Shown here piece after piece: positions 12,580-26,500 of a stretch of 64,000 nt of DNA. Both the position numbers and the translations under genes were made by a program. This stretch comes from Eledone cirrhosa (taxonomy: Eukaryota): contig OZ024740.1 of NCBI GenBank assembly GCA_964016885.1, forward strand, positions 318,060,001 through 318,124,000, read 5' to 3'. The notes under the pieces were generated by a model. The model had not been told where the DNA came from, ran no database searches, and worked only from the letters and a program-made list of their open reading frames with translations. Each line of letters opens with the position of its first letter. The stretch's first letter is position 1.

Positions 12580-15500
12580 CGTCTATTTCCACAACTTACA
12601 TTCTATCTGATATTCTAACGACTCTACCAATTCGAAGTCTTTCTACTACAATACTCACAACAAATAATCCAGGATTGTCTCGTCTATTTCCACAACTTAC
12701 ATTCTATCTGATATTCTAACGACTCTACCAATTCGAAGTCTTTCTACTACAATACTAACAACAAATAATCCAGGATTGTCTCTTCTATTTCCACAACTTA
12801 CGTTCTATCTGACATTCTAACAACTCTACCAATTCGAAATCTTTCTACTACAATACTCACAACAAATAATCCAGGATTGTCTCGTCTATTTCCACAACTT
12901 ACATTCTATCTGATATTCTAACGACTCTACCAATTCGAAGTCTTTCTACTACAATACTAACAACAAATAATCCAGGATTGTCTCGTCTATTTCCACAACT
13001 TACGTTCTATCTGACATTCTAACAACTCTACCAATTCGAAGTCTTTCTACTACAATACTCACAACAAATAATACAGGATTGGCTCGTCTATTTCCACAAC
13101 TTACATTCTATCTGATATTCTAACGACTCTACCAATTCGAAGTCTTTCTACTACAATACTAACAACAAATAATCCAGGATTGTCTCTTCTATTTCCACAA
13201 CTTACATTCTATCTAACATTCTAACAACTCCACCAATTCGAAATCTTTCTACTACAATACTCACAACAAATCATCCAGGATTGTCTCGTCTATTTCCACA
13301 ACTTACATTCTATCTGATATTCTAACGACTCTACCAATTCGAAGTCTTTCTACTACAATACTAACAACAAATAATCCAGGATTGGCTCTTCTATTTCCAC
13401 AAATTGCATTCTATCTGACATTCTAACGACTCTACCAATTCGAAGTCTTTCTACTACAATACGCACAACAAATAATCCAGGATTGTCTCGTCTATTTCCA
13501 CAACTTGCATTCTATCTGACATTCTAACGACTCTACCAATTCGAAGTCTTTCTACTACAATACTCACAACAAATAATCCAGGATTGTCTCTTCTATTTCC
13601 ACAACTTACGTTCTATCTGACATTCTAACAACTCTACCAATTCGAAATCTTTCTACTACAATACTCACAACAAATAATCCAGGATTGTCTCGTCTATTTC
13701 CACAACTTACATTCTATCTGATATTCTAACGACTCTACCAATTCGCTGTCTTTCTACTACAATACTCACAACAAATAATCCAGGATTGTCTCGTCTATTT
13801 CCACAACTTACATTCTATCTGATATTCTAACGACTCTACCAATTCGAAGTCTGTCTACTACAATACTCACAACAAATAATCCAGGATTGTCTCGTCTATT
13901 TCCACAACTTACATTCTATCTGATATTCTAACGACTCTACCAATTCGAAGTCTTTCTACTACAATACTAACAACAAATAATCCAGGAATGTCTCTTCTAT
14001 TTCCACAACTTACATTCTATCTGACATTCTAACATCTCTACCGATTCGAAATCTTTCTACTACAATACTCACAACAAATAATCCAGGATTGTCTCGTCTA
14101 TTTCCACAACTTACATTCTATCTAACATTCTAACAACTCCACCAATTCGAAATCTTTCTACTACAATACTCACAATAAATCATCCAGGATTGTCTCGTCT
14201 ATTTCCACAACTTACGTTCTATCTGATATTCTAACGACTCTACCAATTCGAAGTCTTTCTACTACAATACTAACAACAAATAATCCAGGATTGTCTCTTC
14301 TATTTCCACAACTTACATTCTATCTAACATTCTAACAACTCCACCAATTCGAAATCTTTCTACTACAATACTCACAACAAATCATCCAGGATTGTCTCGT
14401 CTATTTCCACAACTTACATTCTATCTGATATTCTAACGACTCTACCAATTCGAAGTCTTTCTACTACAATACTCACAACAAATAATCCAGGATTGTCTCG
14501 TCTATTTCCACAACTTACATTCTATCTGATATTCTAACGACTCTACCAATTCGAAGTCTTTCTACTACAATACTAACAACAAATAATCCAGGATTGTCTC
14601 TTCTATTTCCACAACTTACGTTCTATCTGACATTCTAACAACTCTACCAATTCGAAATCTTTCTACTACAATACTCACAACAAATAATCCAGGATTGTCT
14701 CGTCTATTTCCACAACTTACATTCTATCTGATATTCTAACGACTCTACCAATTCGAAGTCTTTCTACTACAATACTAACAACAAATAATCCAGGATTGTC
14801 TCGTCTATTTCCACAACTTACGTTCTATCTGACATTCTAACAACTCTACCAATTCGAAGTCTTTCTACTACAATACTCACAACAAATAATACAGGATTGG
14901 CTCGTCTATTTCCACAACTTACATTCTATCTGATATTCTAACGACTCTACCAATTCGAAGTCTTTCTACTACAATACTAACAACAAATAATCCAGGATTG
15001 TCTCTTCTATTTCCACAACTTACATTCTATCTAACATTCTAACAACTCCACCAATTCGAAATCTTTCTACTACAATACTCACAACAAATCATCCAGGATT
15101 GTCTCGTCTATTTCCACAACTTACATTCTATCTGATATTCTAACGACTCTACCAATTCGAAGTCTTTCTACTACAATACTAACAACAAATAATCCAGGAT
15201 TGGCTCTTCTATTTCCACAAATTGCATTCTATCTGACATTCTAACGACTCTACCAATTCGAAGTCTTTCTACTACAATACGCACAACAAATAATCCAGGA
15301 TTGTCTCGTCTATTTCCACAACTTGCATTCTATCTGACATTCTAACGACTCTACCAATTCGAAGTCTTTCTACTACAATACTCACAACAAATAATCCAGG
15401 ATTGTCTCTTCTATTTCCACAACTTACGTTCTATCTGACATTCTAACAACTCTACCAATTCGAAATCTTTCTACTACAATACTCACAACAAATAATCCAG

Positions 15501-16280
15501 GATTGTCTCGTCTATTTCCACAACTTACATTCTATCTGATATTCTAACGACTCTACCAATTCGCTGTCTTTCTACTACAATACTCACAACAAATAATCCA
15601 GGATTGTCTCGTCTATTTCCACAACTTACATTCTATCTGATATTCTAACGACTCTACCAATTCGAAGTCTGTCTACTACAATACTCACAACAAATAATCC
15701 AGGATTGTCTCGTCTATTTCCACAACTTACATTCTATCTGATATTCTAACGACTCTACCAATTCGAAGTCTTTCTACTACAATACTAACAACAAATAATC
15801 CAGGAATGTCTCTTCTATTTCCACAACTTACATTCTATCTGACATTCTAACATCTCTACCGATTCGAAATCTTTCTACTACAATACTCACAACAAATAAT
15901 CCAGGATTGTCTCGTCTATTTCCACAACTTACATTCTATCTAACATTCTAACAACTCCACCAATTCGAAATCTTTCTACTACAATACTCACAATAAATCA
16001 TCCAGGATTGTCTCGTCTATTTCCACAACTTACGTTCTATCTGATATTCTAACGACTCTACCAATTCGAAGTCTTTCTACTACAATACTAACAACAAATA
16101 ATCCAGGATTGTCTCTTCTATTTCCACAAGTTACATTCTATCTAACATTCTAACAACTCCACCAATTCGAAATCTTTCTACTACAATACTCACAACAAAT
16201 CATCCAGGATTGTCTCGTCTATTTCCACAACTTACATTCTATCTGATATTCTAACGACTCTACCAATTCGAAGTCTTTCT
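12580..16280. repeat. Tandem duplication of an 18-monomer block (1818 bp)
   Basis: ACCGATT at 14040/15858 and ATACAGG at 13071/14889, both at offset 1818. Confidence 0.8.
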
Positions 16281-19200
16281 ACTACAATACTAACAACAAA
16301 TAATCCAGGATTGTCTCTTCTATTTCCACAACTTGCATTCTATCTGACATTCTAATGACTCTACCAATTCGAAGTCTTTCTACTACAATACACACAACAA
16401 ATAATCCAGGATTGTCTCGTCTATTTCCACAACTTGCATTCTATCTGACATTCTAACGACTCTACCAATTCGAAGTCTTTCTACTACAATACTCACAACA
16501 AATAATCCAGGATTGTCTCGTCTATTTCCACAAATTACATTCTATCTGACATTCTAACGACTCTACCAATTCGCTGTCTTTCTACTACAATACTCACAAC
16601 AAATAATCCAGGATTGTCTCGTCTATTTCCACAACTTACATTCTATCTAACATTCTAACGACTCTACCAATTCGAAGCCTTTTTACTACATTACTCACAA
16701 CAAATAATCCAGGATTGTCTCGTCTATTTCCACAAATTACATTCTATCTGACATTCTAACGACTCTACCAATTCGCTGTCTTTCTACTACAATACTCACA
16801 ACAAATAATCCAGGATTGTCTCGTCTATTTCCACAACTTACATTCTATCTGATATTCTAACGACTCTACCAATTCGAAGTCTTTCTACTACAATACTCAC
16901 AACAAATAATCCAGGATTGTCTCGTCTATTTCCACAACTTACATTCTATCTGATATTCTAACGACTCTACCAATTCGAAGTCTTTCTACTACAATACTAA
17001 CAACAAATAATCCAGGATTGTCTCTTCTATTTCCACAACTTACGTTCTATCTGACATTCTAACAACTCTACCAATTCGAAATCTTTCTACTACAATACTC
17101 ACAACAAATAATCCAGGATTGTCTCGTCTATTTCCACAACTTACATTCTATCTGATATTCTAACGACTCTACCAATTCGAAGTCTTTCTACTACAATACT
17201 AACAACAAATAATCCAGGATTGTCTCGTCTATTTCCACAACTTACGTTCTATCTGACATTCTAACAACTCTACCAATTCGAAGTCTTTCTACTACAATAC
17301 TCACAACAAATAATCCAGGATTGTCTCGTCTATTTCCACAACTTACATTCTATCTGATATTCTAACGACTCTACCAATTCGAAGTCTTTCTACTACAATA
17401 CTAACAACAAATAATCCAGGATTGTCTCTTCTATTTCCACAACTTACGTTCTATCTGACATTCTAACAACTCTACCAATTCGAAATCTTTCTACTACAAT
17501 ACTCACAACAAATAATCCAGGATTGTCTCGTCTATTTCCACAACTTACATTCTATCTGATATTCTAACGACTCTACCAATTCGAAGTCTTTCTACTACAA
17601 TACTAACAACAAATAATCCAGGATTGTCTCGTCTATTTCCACAACTTACGTTCTATCTGACATTCTAACAACTCTACCAATTCGAAGTCTTTCTACTACA
17701 ATACTCACAACAAATAATCCAGGATTGTCTCGTCTATTTCCACAACTTACATTCTATCTAACATTCTAACAACTCCACCAATTCGAAATCTTTCTACTAC
17801 AACACTCACAACAAATCATCCAGGATTGTCTCGTCTATTTCCACAACTTACATTCTATCTGATATTCTAACGACTCTACCAATTCGAAGTCTTTCTACTA
17901 CAATACTAACAACAAATAATCCAGGATTGTCTCTTCTATTTCCACAACTTACATTCTATCTAACATTCTAACAACTCCACCAATTCGAAATCTTTCTACT
18001 ACAATACTCACAACAAATCATCCATGATTGTCTCGTCTATTTCCACAACTTCCATTCTATCTGATATTCTAACGACTCTACCAATTCGAAGTCTTTCTAC
18101 TACAATACTAACAACAAATAATCCAGGATTGTCTCTTCTATTTCCACAACTTGCATTCTATCTGACATTCTAATGACTCTACCAATTCGAAGTCTTTCTA
18201 CTACAATACTCACAACAAATAATCCAGGATTGTCTCGTCTATTTCCACAACTTGCATTCTATCTGACATTCTAACGACTCTACCAATTCGAAGTCTTTCT
18301 ACTACAATACTCACAACAAATAATCCAGGATTGTCTCGTCTATTTCCACAAATTACATTCTATCTGACATTCTAACGACTCTACCAATTCGCTGTCTTTC
18401 TACTACAATACTCACAACAAATAATCCAGGATTGTCTCGTCTATTTCCACAACTTACATTCTATCTGATATTCTAACGACTCTACCAATTCGAAGTCTTT
18501 CTACTACAATACTCACAACAAATAATCCAGGATTGTCTCGTCTATTTCCACAACTTACATTCTATCTGATATTCTAACGACTCTACCAATTCGAAGTCTT
18601 TCTACTACAATACTAACAACAAATAATCCAGGATTGTCTCTTCTATTTCCACAACTTACGTTCTATCTGACATTCTAACAACTCTACCAATTCGAAATCT
18701 TTCTACTACAATACTCACAACAAATAATCCAGGATTGTCTCGTCTATTTCCACAACTTACATTCTATCTGATATTCTAACGACTCTACCAATTCGAAGTC
18801 TTTCTACTACAATACTAACAACAAATAATCCAGGATTGTCTCGTCTATTTCCACAACTTACGTTCTATCTGACATTCTAACAACTCTACCAATTCGAAGT
18901 CTTTCTACTACAATACTCACAACAAATAATACAGGATTGGCTCGTCTATTTCCACAACTTACATTCTATCTGATATTCTAACGACTCTACCAATTCGAAG
19001 TCTTTCTACTACAATACTAACAACAAATAATCCAGGATTGTCTCTTCTATTTCCACAACTTACATTCTATCTAACATTCTAACAACTCCACCAATTCGAA
19101 ATCTTTCTACTACAATACTCACAACAAATCATCCAGGATTGTCTCGTCTATTTCCACAACTTACATTCTATCTGATATTCTAACGACTCTACCAATTCGA

Positions 19201-20569
19201 AGTCTTTCTACTACAATACTAACAACAAATAATCCAGGATTGGCTCTTCTATTTCCACAAATTGCATTCTATCTGACATTCTAACGACTCTACCAATTCG
19301 AAGTCTTTCTACTACAATACGCACAACAAATAATCCAGGATTGTCTCGTCTATTTCCACAACTTGCATTCTATCTGACATTCTAACGACTCTACCAATTC
19401 GAAGTCTTTCTACTACAATACTCACAACAAATAATCCAGGATTGTCTCTTCTATTTCCACAACTTACGTTCTATCTGACATTCTAACAACTCTACCAATT
19501 CGAAATCTTTCTACTACAATACTAATAAAAATAATCTAGGATTGTCTCGTCTATTTCCACAACTTACATTCTATCTGACATTGAAACGACTCTATCAATT
19601 CGAAGTCTTTCTACTACAATACTAACTTCAAATAATCCAGGATTGTCTCGTCTATTTCCACAACTTACATTCTATCTGACATTCTAACGACTCTACCAAT
19701 TCGAAGTCTTTCTACTACAATACTAATAAAAATAATCTAGGATTGTCTCGTCTATTTCCACAACTTACATTCTATCAGACATTCTAACGACTCTACCAAT
19801 TCGCTGTCTTTCTACTACAATACTCACAACAAATAATCCAGGATTGTCTCGTCTATTTCCACAACTTACATTCTATCTGATATTCTAACGACTCTACCAA
19901 TTCGAAGTCTTTCTACTACAATACTCACAACAAATCATCCAGGATTGTCTCGTCTATTTCCACAACTTACATTCTATCTGATATTCTAACAACTCTACCA
20001 ATCCGAAGTCTTTCTACTACAATACTCACAACAAATCATCCAGGATTGTCTCGTCTATTTCCACAACATACATTCTATCTGATATTCTAACGACTCTACC
20101 AATTCGAAGTCTTTCTACTACAATACTAACAACAAATAATCCAGGATTGTCTCTTCTATTTCCACAACTTGCATTCTATCTGACATTCTAATGACTCTAC
20201 CAATTCGAAGTCTTTCTACTACAATACTCACAACAAATAATCCAGGATTGTCTCGTCTATTTCCACAACTTGCATTCTATCTGACATTCTAACGACTCTA
20301 CCAATTCGAAGTCTTTCTACTACAATACTCACAACAAATAATCCAGGATTGTCTCGTCTATTTCCACGAATTACATTCTATCTGACATTCTAACGACTCT
20401 ACCAATTCGCTGTCTTTCTACTACAATACTCACAACAAATAATCCAGGATTGTCTCGTCTATTTCCACAACATACATTCTATCTGACATTCTAACGACTC
20501 TACCAATTCGCTGTCTTTCTACTACAATACTCAACAAATAATCCAGGACTGTCTCGTCTATTTCCACAA

Positions 20570-23500
20570 CTTACGTTCTATCTGACATTCTAAAGACTCT
20601 AACAATTCGAAGTCTTTCTACTACAATACTCAGAACAAATAATCCAGGTTTGCCTCGTCTATTTCCACAACTTACATTCTATCTAACATTCTAACGACTC
20701 TACCAATTCGAAGCCTTTTTACTACATTACTCACAACAAATAATTCAGGATTGCCCCGTCTATTTCCACAACTTACATTCTACCTGACATTCTAACGACT
20801 CTACCAATTCGCTCTCTTTCTACTACAATACTCACAACAAATAATCCAGGATTGTCTCGTCTATTTCCACAACTTACATTCTATCTAACATTCTAACAAC
20901 TCCACCAATTCGAAATCTTTCTACTACAATACTCACAACAAATCATCCAGGATTGTCTCGTCTATTTCCACAACTTACACTCTATCTGATATTCTAACGA
21001 CTCTACCAATTCGAAGTCTTTCTACTACAATACTAACAACAAATAATCCAGGATTGTCTCTTCTATTTCCACAACTTACATTCTATCTAACATTCTAACA
21101 ACTCCACCAATTCGAAATATTTCTACTACAATACTCACAACAAATCATCCAGGATTGTCTCGTCTATTTCCACAACATACATTCTATCTGATATTCTAAC
21201 GACTCTACCAATTCGAAGTTTTTCTACTACAATACTAACAACAAATAATCCAGGATTGTCTCTTCTATTTCCACAACTTGCATTCTATCTGACATTCTAA
21301 TGACTCTACCAATTCGAAGTCTTTCTACTACAATACTCACAACAAATAATCCAGGATTGTCTCGTCTATTTCCACAACTTGCATTCTATCTGACATTCTA
21401 ACGACTCTACCAATTCGAAGTCTTTCTACTACAATACTCACAACAAATAATCCAGGATTGTCTCGTCTATTTCCACAAATTACATTCTATCTGACATAAT
21501 AACGACTCTACCAATTCGCTGTCTTTCTACTACAATACTCACAACAAATAATCCAGGATTGTCTCGTCTATTTCCACAACATACATTCTATCTGACATTC
21601 TAACGACTCTACCAATTCGCTGTCTTTCTACTACAATACTCAACAAATCATCCAGGACTGTCTCGTCTATTTCCACAACTTACGTTCTATCTGACATTCT
21701 AAAGACTCTAACAATTCGAAGTCTTTCTACTACAATACTCAGAACAAATAATCCAGGTTTGTCTCGTCTATTTCCACAACTTACATTCTATCTAACATTC
21801 TAACGACTCTACCAATTCGAAGCCTTTTTACTACATTACTCACAACAAATAATTCAGGATTGTCTCGTCTATTTCCACAAATTACGTTCTATCTGACATT
21901 CTAACGACTCTACCAATTCGCTGTCTTTCTACTACAATACTCACAACAAATAATCCAGGATTGTCTCGTCTATTTCCACAACTTACATTCTATCTGATAT
22001 TCTAACGACTCTACCAATTCGAAGTCTTTCTACTACAATACTCACAACAAATAATCCAGGATTGTCTCGTCTATTTCCACAACTTACATTCTATCTGATA
22101 TTCTAACGACTCTACCAATTCGAAGTCTTTCTACTACAATACTCACAACAAATAATCCAGGATTGTCTCGTCTATTTCCACAAATTACATTCTATCTGAT
22201 ATTCTAACGACTCTACCAAATCGAAGTCTTTCTACTACAATACTCACAACAAATAATCCAGGATTGTCTCGTCTATTTCCACAACTTGCATTCTATCTGA
22301 CATTCTAACGACTCTACCAATTCGAAGTCTTTCTACTACAATACTCACAACAAATAATCCAGGATTGTCTCGTCTATTTCCACAAATTACATTCTATCTG
22401 ACATTTTAACGACTCTACCAATTCGCTGTATTTCTACTACAATACTCACAACAAATAATCCAGGATTGTCTCGTCTATTTCCACAACATACATTCTATCT
22501 GACATTCTAACGACTCTACCAATTCGCTGTCTTTCTACTACAATACTCAACAAATAATCCAGGACTGTCTCGTCTATTTCCACAACTTACGTTCTATCTG
22601 ACATTTTAAAGACTCTAACAATTCGAAGTCTTTCTACTACAATACTCAGAACAAATAATCCAGGTTTGTCTCGTCTATTTCCACAACTTACATTCTATCT
22701 AACATTCTAACGACTCTACCAATTCGAAGCCTTTTTACTACATTACTCACAACAAATAATTCAGGATTGTCTCGTCTATTTCCACAAATTACGTTCTATC
22801 TGACATTCTAACGACTCTACCAATTCGCTGTCTTTCTACTACAATACTCACAACAAATAATCCAGGATCGTCTCGTCTATTTCCACAACTTACATTCTAT
22901 CTGATATTCTAACGACTCTACCAATTCGAAGCCTTTCTACTACAATACTAATAAAAATAATCTAGGATTGTCTCGTCTATTTCCACAACTTACATTCTAT
23001 CTGACATTGAAACGACTCTATCAATTCGAAGTCTTTCTACTACAATACTAACTTCAAATAATCCAGGATTGTCTCGTCTATTTCCACAACTTACATTCTA
23101 TCTGACATTCTAACGACTCTACCAATTCGATGTCTTTCTACTACAATACTAATAAAAATAATCTAGGATTGTCTCGTCTATTTCCACAACTTACATTCTA
23201 TCAGACATTCTAACGACTCTACCAATTCGCTGTCTTTCTACTACAATACTCACAACAAATAATCCAGGATTGTCTCGTCTATTTCCACAACTTACATTCT
23301 ATCTGATATTCTAACGACTCTACCAATTCGAAGTCTTTCTACTACAATACTCACAACAAATAATCCAGGATTGTCTCGTCTATTTCCACAACTTACATTC
23401 TATCAGACATTCTAACGACTCTACCAATTCGAAGTCTTTCTACTACAATACTAACAACAAATAATCCAGGATAGTCTCTTCTATTTCCACAACTTACATT

Positions 23501-26500
23501 CTATCTGACGTTCTAACAACTCTACCAATTCGAAATCTTTCTACTACAATACTCACAACAAATAATCCAGGATTGTCTCGTCTATTTCCACAACTTACAT
23601 TCTATCTGATATTGTAACGACTCTACCAATTCGAAGTCTTTCTACTACAATACTAACAACAAATAATCCAGGATTGTCTTTTCTATTTCCACAAATTACA
23701 TTCTATCTGACATTCTAACAACTCTACCAATTCGAAATCTTTCTACTACAATACTCACAACAAATAATCCAGGATTGTCTCGTCTATTTCCACAACTTAC
23801 ATTCTATCTGATATTCTAACGACTCTACCAATTCGAAGTCTTTCTACTACAATACTAACAACAAATAATCCAGGATTGTCTCGTCTATTTCCACAACTTA
23901 CGTTCTATCTGACATTCTAACAACTCTACCAATTCGAAGTCTTTCTACTACAATACTCACAACAAATAATACAGGATTGGCTCGTCTATTTCCACAACTT
24001 ACATTCTATCTGACATTCTAACGACTCTACCAATTCGCTGTATTTCTACTACAATACTCACAACAAATAATCCAGCACTGTTTCGTCTATTTCCACAACT
24101 CACATTCTATCTGACATTCTAACGACTCTACCAATTCGAAGTCTTTCTACTACAATACTCACAACAAATAATCCAGGAATATCTCGTCTATTTCCACAAC
24201 TTACATTCTATCTGACATTGAAACGACTCTATCAATTCGAAGTCTTTCTACTACAATACTAACTTCAAATAATCCAGGATTGTCTCGTCTATTTCCACAA
24301 CTTACATTCTATCTGACATTCTAACGACTCTATCAATTCGAAGTCTTTCTACTACAATACTAATAAAAATAATCTAGGATTGTCTCGTCTATTTCCACAA
24401 CTTACATTCTATCTGACATTGAAACGACTGTATCAATTCGAAGTCTTTCTACTACAATACTAACTTCAAATAATCCAGGATTGTCTCGTCTATTTCCACA
24501 ACTTACATTCTATCTGACATTCTAACGACTCTACCAATTCGAAGTCTTTCTACTACAATACTAATAAAAATAATCTAGGATTGTCTCGTCTATTTCCACA
24601 ACTTACGTTCTATCTGACATTCTAAAGACTCTAACAATTCGAAGTCTTTCTACTACAATACTCAGAACAAATAATCCAGGTTTGCCTCGTCTATTTCCAC
24701 AACTTACATTCTATCTAACATTCTAACGACTCTACCAATTCGAAGCCTTTTTACTACATTACACACAACAAATAATTCAGGATTGCCCCGTCTATTTCCA
24801 CAACTTACATTCTACCTGACATTCTAACGACTCTACCAATTCGCTCTCTTTCTACTACAATACTCACAACAAATAATCCAGGATTGTCTCGTCTATTTCC
24901 ACAACTTACATTCTATCTAACATTCTAACAACTCCACCAATTCGAAATCTTTCTACTACAATACTCACAACAAATCATCCAGGATTGTCTCGTCTATTTC
25001 CACAACTTACACTCTATCTGATATTCTAACGACTCTACCAATTCGAAGTCTTTCTACTACAATACTAACAACAAATAATCCAGGATTGTCTCTTCTATTT
25101 CCACAACTTACATTCTATCTAACATTCTAACAACTCCACCAATTCGAAATATTTCTACTACAATACTCACAACAAATCATCCAGGATTGTCTCGTCTATT
25201 TCCACAACATACATTCTATCTGATATTCTAACGACTCTACCAATTCGAAGTTTTTCTACTACAATACTAACAACAAATAATCCAGGATTGTCTCTTCTAT
25301 TTCCACAACTTGCATTCTATCTGACATTCTAATGACTCTACCAATTCGAAGTCTTTCTACTACAATACTCACAACAAATAATCCAGGATTGTCTCGTCTA
25401 TTTCCACAACTTGCATTCTATCTGACATTCTAACGACTCTACCAATTCGAAGTCTTTCTACTACAATACTCACAACAAATAATCCAGGATTGTCTCGTCT
25501 ATTTCCACAAATTACATTCTATCTGACATAATAACGACTCTACCAATTCGCTGTCTTTCTACTACAATACTCACAACAAATAATCCAGGATTGTCTCGTC
25601 TATTTCCACAACATACATTCTATCTGACATTCTAACGACTCTACCAATTCGCTGTCTTTCTACTACAATACTCAACAAATCATCCAGGACTGTCTCGTCT
25701 ATTTCCACAACTTACGTTCTATCTGACATTCTAAAGACTCTAACAATTCGAAGTCTTTCTACTACAATACTCAGAACAAATAATCCAGGTTTGTCTCGTC
25801 TATTTCCACAACTTACATTCTATCTAACATTCTAACGACTCTACCAATTCGAAGCCTTTTTACTACATTACTCACAACAAATAATTCAGGATTGTCTCGT
25901 CTATTTCCACAAATTACGTTCTATCTGACATTCTAACGACTCTACCAATTCGCTGTCTTTCTACTACAATACTCACAACAAATAATCCAGGATTGTCTCG
26001 TCTATTTCCACAACTTACATTCTATCTGATATTCTAACGACTCTACCAATTCGAAGTCTTTCTACTACAATACTCACAACAAATAATCCAGGATTGTCTC
26101 GTCTATTTCCACAACTTACATTCTATCTGATATTCTAACGACTCTACCAATTCGAAGTCTTTCTACTACAATACTCACAACAAATAATCCAGGATTGTCT
26201 CGTCTATTTCCACAAATTACATTCTATCTGATATTCTAACGACTCTACCAAATCGAAGTCTTTCTACTACAATACTCACAACAAATAATCCAGGATTGTC
26301 TCGTCTATTTCCACAACTTGCATTCTATCTGACATTCTAACGACTCTACCAATTCGAAGTCTTTCTACTACAATACTCACAACAAATAATCCAGGATTGT
26401 CTAGTCTATTTCCACAAATTACATTCTATCTGACATTCTAACGACTCTACCAATTCGCTGTCTTTCTACTACAATACTCACAACAAATAATCCAGGATTG

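Larger units (their letters stand above)
1..19493. repeat. Satellite layer 1: 193 monomers in exact 101-bp register with a restricted variant set
   Basis: The register holds to the monomer starting at 19494 (193x101+1). Markers seen only here: ACCGATTCG (1, 2526, 6162, 10000, 14040, 15858), CATCCATG (2869, 4283, 8121, 12161, 18019), ATACGCAC, GGAATGTC, GTCTGTCTA. Confidence 0.92.
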
